Part shown: positions 54,366-64,000 of the stretch, in pieces
Numbering within the stretch: the stretch's first letter is position 1
Layout of the letters: every line of letters starts with the position of its first letter
From: Octopus sinensis
Taxonomy: Eukaryota
Reading direction: 5' to 3'
Length of the DNA stretch: 64,000 nt
NCBI RefSeq assembly: GCF_006345805.1
Contig: NC_043006.1
Coordinates: 84,692,001-84,756,000, forward strand
Made by a program: the position numbers and the translations under genes
The notes under the pieces: model-generated
Told to the model about the DNA's origin: nothing
The model's input: only the letters and a program-made list of their open reading frames with translations
Database searches by the model: none

Positions 54366-55330
54366 CTGTAAATAGAAACCAAAAGATAGGTGCAGAGAGA
54401 TTATTAGTATAACTAATAAGAACACTGCATACATAATTAATAACTGTTTCATTCCATTGTAGTGCTGAGCTCATATTTCCCCTTATCACTGGTGAAAAAT
54501 ATCTTAGATTGTGAGAAGTGCTGATGTGAGAGGGCGTTGGCAAAACCCAGTAGTAAGTAATGAGTCAGTAAGGGCACCTTTACCATTGTAACTCAGTTTA
54601 CTGGAAATAGCAGCCAAATCTTCATTAAGCCTTTAGTATTTAAACTGGCTATATCTGGGCCCAATTTGTTTCATGTTTAAACTGGCCAGATCTGGTCTCT
54701 TAGACTTATCCTAAATTGCTATTCCAAAAATAAACAATCACATCATTGAAAATTTGAAGCTTCAAGGTAATGCATGATTAATTCAAAGCAAAGTGAATAA
54801 ATAAGGATTTCATTGGACAGAATAATCTGAATGCTAAAGGGTTAAATCACATTCATCTGAGAATATGAGAAAAGATGTTTAAATAATGAGGTTCTGAGTT
54901 CTCTGCCTGTATAAGAAAAAAGACAGGATATTCACAAGCGGAATACCTTTGATCATAGGTGTGCTTCATCAGGACTGAGCTTCGGTTAAACAACAGCAAC
55001 CAGTGATTTAACTATCTGTCCCCACTTCTCTTAAAATGTCCTAGTATCTAAGTTTGAAATCAATATTTATATTAGAATTTTTACATCTGAGTTCAAATCC
55101 CATTGGGGTTAACTTCGCCTTTCAACCTTTCAATAAAATAAAGTACCAGTTAAATAGTGGGGTTGATTTATCTATAATCCTCCCATTAAAAATGACCTAG
55201 TACTAAAGCTAGAAATCAAAATCGTTATTGGAATCATTACATTCTGAGTTCTAATCCTGCAAAGGTTAACTTTGCCTTTCAACTTCTGGGACTGATAAAA
55301 TAAAGAACCAGTCAAATAACACGGATAATA

Positions 55331-55695
55331 TACAAGGTGGTATCAAAAAGTTCCCAGACTAGTTCTGTAGCGTGCCAACAGATGGCAGCACACAGTTGTG
55401 TGCACAATGAGGGATAGCAGTGACTTTCATGAGGCAGTGTGCCAAGTGACATTGCTGTATTTACTTTGCAAGTTGTGAAATTTGCATTGTTGTGATCACG
55501 TGTATGCTGTAGTCTGCGATTGTGTCATAGGAAATTTGAACAAAGAGCTAACATTAAACTTGGGAAGTCTGCTACAGAGACATTGAGCATGCTTCAGCAA
55601 GCTTACAGCAATGAGGCAATGAGCTGTACACAATGTTTCAAGTGGCATGGGTACTTCAAAAATGGAAGAATGTCCCTGGAAGACGATGAGTGATA
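55331..55695 (+). pseudogene. Mariner 5' end with transposase N-terminal HTH
   Basis: TIR-like tacaaggtggtatcaaaaagttccc; EQRANIK..GKSATETLSMLQQAYSNEAMSCTQCFKWHGYFKNGRMSLEDDE. Confidence 0.85.
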
Positions 55696-56516
55696 TGAAC
55701 TTAAAATGGACTTGTGCCAAAGCTAAAACTAGAAATCAACCTTTATATCAAGAAACTTTACTTTCTCAGTTCAAATCCTGTTGAGATTAACTTTGCCTTT
55801 CATCCTCCAGGATCAATAAAATATAGTACCAGCAAAATTCTGGGGGCTGATTTACTCATCTATATTTAAAATATCCCTAACATATATGTCTCTGAACCAA
55901 AGTTGGAAGTCAACATTACCATCTCAAGGGTGCCATGCTGGCAGAATCGTTACCATGTCAGGCAAAATGCTTAGCATTTTGTTCTGAGTTCAAATGCCAC
56001 CAAGATTGATTTTGCCTTTCATCCTTTCAGGGTTGATAAAGTAAGTAGCAGTTGAACATGGGGTCAATGTAATTGATTTAACCTGACCCCAGAATTGCTG
56101 GGCTTGTGCCAAAATTTGAAACCAACAATATTCTGATGGAGGTGTGTGTGCTATTTATTCCAGTCTTTTTAAAAATTTTTTTCTGCAAGACTTAGCATCC
56201 TGAGTTCTGTGATTCCACCACTTCTCATGGGTCCCACTCCCATAACTACCTTCAACAGATAGCACATGGTAGCTATTTTATCATTTACACACAAAGTCTT
56301 TCATATATATAAAAGACACATATACACCTGGTATTTTGATTACCTTTACCTGGTTACATGGTAACTGTAAACCCTTTTTGTTTCTTTCTAAATCGTGATC
56401 ATCTTTACAGGTGTTTAGCTAAACTTGGCAACAATTTGTACTGTAATTACATACAGATTATATATGTGTGTGTGTGTATGTATATCTATCTATCTAGCTA
56501 GCTAGCTATCTCTCTT

Positions 56517-56555
<39 letters not shown>

Positions 56556-56578
56556 CTCTCTCCCCATCCATCCATCCA

Positions 56579-56625
<47 letters not shown>

Positions 56626-56786
56626 CATGCACATGTATATACCCATACACATGTGCATATATATTTTATCTGCACACATATATGTATGCACATATACACG
56701 TATTGTTATATATGTATCTATCAATCTCTCTCTCTCTCTTTCAGTATACATGTGTATGTGTATGTTTGTATGTGTATGTATGTGTG

Positions 56787-56820
<34 letters not shown>

Positions 56821-57410
56821 ATTTTTGGATGGTAAGGATGCCAGATAAGCAGGTTAGTTTAGGTAGGCTGGAATGGTAAATTAGTAGACTAAATTCTCTG
56901 AAATATTTCAGTTTTCTTGTTTTTTTTTTTGCTGTTTATATTCTGAGTACAAAACCAACTTGGATATGATTGTTTCTGCCTTTCATCTTTTTGAAGCTGA
57001 TAGAATAAAAATAAGTACCAATGAAATATTGGATGAAATCATTTAAGGCAGCAAGCTGGCAGAACCATTAGAGCACCAGTCTGAGTTCAATTCCTATTGG
57101 ATTCTAACTTTGCCTTTCACCCTTCCAGGATCATTGACATAAAGAACCAGTCTAGTATTGGGTGCTAAATTGCAAACCACTATTATTATTATAAGGCAGC
57201 GGGCTAGCAGAATCCTTACCATGCTAGGTAAAATGCTTAGTGGTATTTCATCCATCTTTACCTTCAGAGTTCAAATTCCATAGAGGTTAACTTTGCCTTT
57301 TGTCCTTTCGGGTCAATAAATTAAGCACCAGTGAAATACTGGGGTTAATGTAATTGACTAGTCCCCTCTCCCAAAATTTCAAACCTTGTGCTTTTAGTAA
57401 AGAGGATTAT

Positions 57411-57780
57411 TATTACCTCTGCCTTAGCAAAGGTGGAGGTATTGTTTTCAGTCATGTTCGTTTGTTTGCCCGTGGACAAGATATCTCAAGAACCGTTGGA
57501 TGGATTCGGATGAAACTTTCAAGGATGTTTGGCCTCTTGACTGGTACGAACTGATTAGATTTTGGGATTAATCCAGTACCGGATAAGGATTCTGGATTAT
57601 TTTTACATTATCTTTTACTTAATTTTCAAGAGCTGTCAGGTTCATTTTTAGTATTTTCGTTTGTGAGAGCAGTCGAGTTTATTTCAGATATTCTCATTTT
57701 AAAAATCATCTCTGGTTAATCGTTCAGAGGACGTTGGTGTTGCCTTGGTGGAGGTTTGCACTCTCTGAGTGATCTTGTTA
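57411..57780 (+). mobile_element. Helentron/HINE-like non-autonomous element
   Basis: Sub-terminal inverted repeats acctctgcc / ggtggaggt, 3' hairpin cactc-tct-gagtg, inserted in (TTA)n. Confidence 0.7.
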
Positions 57781-58259
57781 TTATTATTAGGCAGCAAGTT
57801 AGCAGAAAAGTTAGCAAACCAGGGAAAACGCTTAATGGCATTTCATCTATCTTTACATTCCGATTTCAAATTCTGCCAGGGTCAATAAATCAAGTACCAG
57901 TTGAATACTGAGGTTGATGTAATTGATTATCCACCTCCCCTGAATTTCAGGCCTTGTGCCTATAGTAGAAAGGATTATTATTATTAAGGCAGAGCTGGCA
58001 GAATCATTAGCACAACAGGCAAAATGCTTAACAGCATTTTGTCCATCTTTATGTTCTGAGTTCAAATTCTGCTGAGGTCAACTTTGCCTTTCACCTATTC
58101 AGGGTTGATAAATCAAATACTGTTGAACACTGGGGTCAATTTAATCAACTCATCTCCTTCCCTATCATACTGGTCCTATGCCAAAATTTGAAATCATTAT
58201 TATTATTATCATCATAAGCATCATCATCACCATCATCATCATTATTATTATTATTATTA

Positions 58260-58295
<36 letters not shown>

Positions 58296-58496
58296 CATTA
58301 TTATCATAGGTTTGCTCAAGTATGGTTGACCTTCGACCAAACAGTAACAACTGTTGCAAAGTCACATATCATGCCTCTGTTGACTCCTATTTGGGGGTGA
58401 GAATCTGGTTGTATTCTTCACTCACTTTATTTTTAATAGAAAAAAACCCAAGTTACATCCTGGTTGGTAACTCACACTAAAAAGGGTTTAAAGGGA

Positions 58497-58552
<56 letters not shown>

Positions 58553-59687
58553 AAACTGATAAAATACAGTTGTTATATTAGATAAGACAAGTGAGTCATG
58601 ATAGACTCTGGGAAGGATTGTCTCTCCCAAAATAAATCTTCCCCTTCAAGTCTAGGCATCTGGAAACGATCACATGTTCTGATTCTGATACCATTAAGGT
58701 ATCAGCCTACTCCCTTCCTTTCAGTCACGGTAAAATCTGGAACTACCAGCTATACATTACATTATAGAGTTAGAGAGGTAGCTTGACCTGTGAGAAATAA
58801 CAGCCTAATTTCTCTCTAATTACATTCCCCAGTCTTGATAAAAGAAGAATGGACACATTAAATGATGTAGTCCTAGATGCACAATGTCTGAAAGACCTTT
58901 ATGAATAGGTCTGCTTGAACAGAGCTGATCAAAGGACTCTCCTAAGCTATGGTCCCTTAAGGCCAGTTTCATGCATTCTGGCGGGATACATATTGCCAAT
59001 TCATCACAGGATTACTCATTTTTGGTAGATGGACAGGAGCAATGTGAAACAAGGTGTCTTGCTCAAGAACTCAATGCAACACCCAGTCATGAATAAGAAA
59101 GCTCAATCTTACAATCATAAACACAACACTCTAACTAATAAAATACGCACCTCCACTATTTACAGACACACACATACTTATTCTATCCCCATCTCTTTTA
59201 TTGAACTAAGTTATGGGGACATAAACACACCAACATCAGTCGTAAAGCGATGGGGGGCAAACACACACACATTAATCTATACCTGTATATAGAAACACAA
59301 TGAGCTTCTTTCAATTTCTGTCTATCACATCCAATCACAAGGCTTTGATTGGGCTTAGGCTATAGTAAAAGACACTTGCCCAAGGTGCCATGCAGTGAGA
59401 CTGAACCTGGAACCATGTAGTTGGGAAGCATCCACCTACATATATTATACATAGAAATATATATATATATATGTATTTATATATGAGTATATAAATATGT
59501 ATATACATATATATATGTATATACTTATATATACTTATATATATATGTATACACATCCATACGTATATATATTATATATACATATATATTATATATACAT
59601 ATATATGTATATACTGGTAAAAACGGTAAGATAACAAAAGAAAGAAAGAGACCTCAATATTATGTAAATAGAATATTCTAGCAAAAA

Positions 59688-59725
59688 CTGTCCGACGAAC
59701 GGCAACGTGAAACTCAGAGTAACAG
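59688..59725 (+). ncRNA. Type I hammerhead-like motif (U4C), best-formed copy
   Basis: CUGU CCGACGA ACG GCAA CGU GAAA CUC A GAG UA ACAG: all three helices present, GNRA loop II, GUA triplet. Confidence 0.7.
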
Positions 59726-60245
59726 GTTTTGTTGAATTTTCTGCTGCTTTAAATAAAGTATATATATACTGGAGTAAACACATAAATGTGAAACAAGGTG
59801 GAAAAAAGAGTACTGAAATACCAGGGGTAGAGTAATATGCTTTATTTCAAAGCAGCAGAAAATTCAACAAAAATGACTAATACACACACACACACACATA
59901 TATATAGCAATACAGGAGATGTACTGACATTGATTACAAAGAATATGAACAACAGAGAGGGGTTTGTGCTTACTAAATTGAAATGTAGTAGAGTTTTAGA
60001 TATTTAATATCATGAGGTGAAAAGAGAGAAAAAAAACTTTGATCGACTAAAACCATTTACGTGATTAATGAGTGAGCAAAAACTCCCTATACAAGTGTTT
60101 TAAGGTCTAAAAACAACAGATAAATGAGGTGACTCTAACAAGATTGGTTAATTAAAATTCTACAATAATGTAGATAATGCATACACACCACATGAACGTG
60201 CATGCACACACACACACTCTCATACACATTCATTTTTGTCCTTGC

Positions 60246-60292
<47 letters not shown>

Positions 60293-61409
60293 ATGTATGT
60301 ATGTATAGTTCCAATTTACAGAAAACAAAAAATGAAGGCAGGTGTAGGAACAACAAGCAGGTGTATTATTTAAATGTTTGAGAAGAATAGAAAAGTCTTT
60401 TACATTTCAAGCCTATGCTCTTTGACAGAAAGGATTAAGATGAAAAAAAAATTGAGAGATAATGAAAAAAAAAAAGGAGAGAAAAAATGTGTAGAGATTA
60501 ACGATAGATAGATAGATAGATAGATAGATAGTGTCTATTGTTTTTATATATCTTGCTGTCTCCTTCTCTCTTATTCTTTAACCTTTCTTTCTCTTTTTCT
60601 CTTTTATTAAATCTTGATTTTTTTAACTATTTCTTTATTTTCTTCCACTTTACCTTTTCGCCCAGTCTTTTCTTTATCCCTCTCTCTCTGCCTCACCTTC
60701 TCTCTCCCACCTTTTTCTTTCTTCTTCAGTGAATGCATCGCTTTTTGTTTTTTTCAGGTACTTCTTTGTCTTACTTATTCATTCACCTTTCTTTTTTTCT
60801 TTCTTTCATTCAGTAAATCTCTCTCTCTCTCTCTCTTGTTGTTGTTAATCTCAGTCTCTCTTCTCTCAACTACTCAAGAATATGGCTACCACCACCACCA
60901 CCACCACCCTACCACCACCATTGCCACCAATACAGCCATCACTTCCACCGCCGCCACCACCATCACCCCTACCTCTATTCTACAGTACCTTTGACATTAT
61001 TCCAAGCTAGTAGTTAGTCAACACAGTTTTAGATAAATCCACCGCTGGTATTTCATTAGCGAGCTACAGACAATAAACAAACTGATCTTAACTAAGTGTC
61101 GGAACAAACAGGTGCTTCTAAAATGAATGTCTTGGCCAGTTTCTTGCTGTCAGATTCTGTTGCTTTTTCTTTAATTGGATTTATTGTCATTTAGAAAATG
61201 GCTAAAGTACCTCTGAGGTCAAAAACTTCACATTAAACACTAATAAAGAATTGTTAACTCTTTTTTATAATTATTCCAATTCAGTGATTTGAATTCCAAT
61301 TTCTTTTTGTTTTTAATTTTGCAACAAGAAAAACTAATTAAAATAAGATAAGCGTACAATTAAATAAAATTAAAATTAAATATAATTTCACCAAAATGCA
61401 ATTTGATAT

Positions 61410-62762
61410 TTAACGCTTTCGATACAAAGCCACCTAAGACTGCTGTTTGTTCTCTGATACAAACTTTTTCTTCTAAAATTATCTAAATTAACACCTTCAA
61501 TTAAAATTTCATGTAAATTTATGTTCTAAATGTCTGCTTAATAATGACAAAGTAATTTTAAAAAGATTCTTTATTCTTTTCAAAATTAATTGAAACAAAA
61601 GGCAGTGTTTTTCAAGAAACATTGTAACAAAAGAATTAAATAAAGAAGATTCAACCTTTTGATACAGACCTACTTGAGTCTGCCTGGTTCCATAATACAA
61701 ATATCTTGTTTCAAAGTGATTTAACCCTTTAGTGTTTGCATTATTCTGCCAAAATTAATCCTTTTTTATCCACATTGTTTTGAACTAATCATGCATTATC
61801 TTGTAGCTATGAGATTTTGATGAGGTAGCTGTTAATTTTTAAAACGATATTGTAGGGTTGGTGTGAGAGACCAGATCTGGCCAGTTTGAACATAAAACAA
61901 GTAGAATACTTTTGGCTGGATATGCTAAAGGGTTAAATTAAAACTTTCCATCATAATTTATATTCCAAATGCCAGCTTTATAATGACAAAGTGATTTTAC
62001 TAAATTCTTCATTATATTCACAATTAAAACAAAGGCTGTATATTTCAATAGAGGCATGACAAAGAAAGGGTTGAAGTTTGAGGTTTCTATTGACATATTA
62101 AGTGTCAGCTTGAAGCTAAATGGGTTGCCTCCTTAGCAAATATGAAATAACAAAAGAGCTCTAACCAAGAAAGTAGATCAAGCCAATGAGAGCATTTTAA
62201 GTAGTCAGCTGACATAACAGAAATAGTAGACAAACAACCCTCAAGTTGTCAAAGCCCACAAGGGAGTGTCTACATGATTGCATGATCTGCTAGATATAGC
62301 ATCCAAATCTTCCTTGAATCACACCCTGCTCTCTTAATCCTTTAGCATTTAACCCTTTAGTGTTCAGATTATTCTATCTTGAATTAATCATGCATTATCT
62401 CATATCTTCAAGAGCTTAATGGTGTAATTACTTAATGTAGAATAACATTGTAGGGCAGGTGTGAGGGCTTGGATCTGGTCAGTTTGAACATAAAACAGAT
62501 TAAATATTTTGGCCAAATATGGCCGGTTAAAATACTAAAGGGTTAAGCAGACCATACCTAGTCAAAATATTCCGTCTGTTTTATGTTCATACTGACCAGA
62601 TCCAGCCTCTCACACCTACCCTAAAATGTCATTTAAAAAAATAAACAATCACATCATCAAAATTGAAATCTCAAAGATATGAGATAATGCAGGATTAATT
62701 CAAAACAATGAAAATAAATAAAGTATAACATTAGACAGCGGAATCTGAATGCTAGAGTTAAT
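61410..62762. mobile_element. Cluster of nested TTAA-flanked MITEs
   Basis: ttaaCCCTTTAG...CTAAAGGGttaa at 61721-61936 and ~62348-62546, each interrupting another copy. Confidence 0.7.
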
Positions 62763-62860
62763 AAAAAGGGATACATTGGACAATGTAGGTCCTCATATAC
62801 AAAAAGATGAGATGGTCACCTTTGAGATGTCACTGAACATGGGGCTAAACAATAATAATG

Positions 62861-62900
<40 letters not shown>

Positions 62901-62902
<2 letters not shown>

Positions 62903-63073
62903 CGCAGGAGTGGCTGTATGGTAAGTAGCTTGCTAACCAACCACATGGTTCTGGGTTCATTCCCACTGCATGGCATCTTGGGCAAGTGTCTTCCACTATA
63001 GCCTCGGGCCGACCAAAGCCTTGTGAGTGGATTTGGTAGACAGAAACTGAAAGAAGCCCGTCGTATATATATA

Positions 63074-63108
<35 letters not shown>

Positions 63109-63320
63109 GTATGTATGTGTATATGTTTGTCCCCCCAACATCGCTTGACAACTGATGCTGGTGTGTTTACGTCCCCATAACTTAGCGGTTCAACAAAAGG
63201 GATGTGTTTATGTCCCTGTAACTTAACGGTTCAGCAAAAAAGACCAATAGAATAAGTACTAGGCTTACAAAGAATAAGTCCTGGGGTTGATTTGCTTGAC
63301 TAAGGGCAGTGCTCCAGCAT
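62901..63320 (+). mobile_element. SINE family A (young copy)
   Basis: Intact head ggcgcaggagtggctgtatggtaagtagc; small internal duplication at ~63160-63240. Confidence 0.88.
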
Positions 63321-63598
63321 GATGATATGTTTGTATATAAAACAGTCGCATTTATAATTTCAGCTGAAGATTCCAAAAGAATTAACCTCCATTAAGCTCT
63401 GTTCCAATTCTTCCCAAATTAGGAATGAAAAAATCTAACAGCAAAAATACAATACTGGAATGGAAAACATAAGGTTGAAGAATACAGACACATACATATA
63501 CTATACAACACACACATACATGTACACATACTACATATGCACACTAAACACACATACACACATTACATATACAGTATAACATATATATATACATACAT

Positions 63599-63642
<44 letters not shown>

Positions 63643-64000
63643 CATACGTTACATACATATACACATACTAAACATACGCACACATAAGTACACAGAAACT
63701 TAATGCAGACTGTACATGGAAAGAATACACACACAGACACATATATATATATATACCATACATATTAAACACACACACACACATAGCATACACTATGCAC
63801 ACACCAACACACATCATACATACTATATGCACACACACAGACATGCGCATACATACACACACAGACATACACGTATACACATGTACACACACGTGGAGAG
63901 GCTTTTGGTTTATGACCATAACCATGTTGCATGTGTCAGTAATAAAAGTCTGTTGTATCTTAGTAATCAATTATCTTGATATGAAGACAAACAAACAATA

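Overview
This is AT-rich, microsatellite-saturated animal DNA. The repeat families (tRNA-headed SINEs, Penelope-derived repeats, RLE-LINE tails, TTAA MITEs) look like those of an octopus or other coleoid cephalopod genome; that assignment is an inference. Almost all listed ORFs are microsatellite artefacts. The supported coding remnants are: a minus-strand Penelope-like RT-thumb/GIY-YIG fragment (1-1190); a 1.7-kb non-LTR element that encodes only an L1/Tx1-type ORF1p, has a perfect 19-bp TSD and sits inside a partial tandem repeat (12942-14657); a CpG-decayed histone H3 pseudogene bracketed by inverted repeats (28431-28817); R4/Dong-like and RTE LINE fragments; and mariner/DD37D transposase remnants. 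There are also a few candidate host exons, the best being a minus-strand terminal exon at 54139-54365. The most notable hidden layer is about ten hammerhead-ribozyme-like motifs from several unrelated short repeats, many with recurrent non-canonical cores, plus repeated local fold-back inverted duplications. Coordinates of decayed repeats are approximate.
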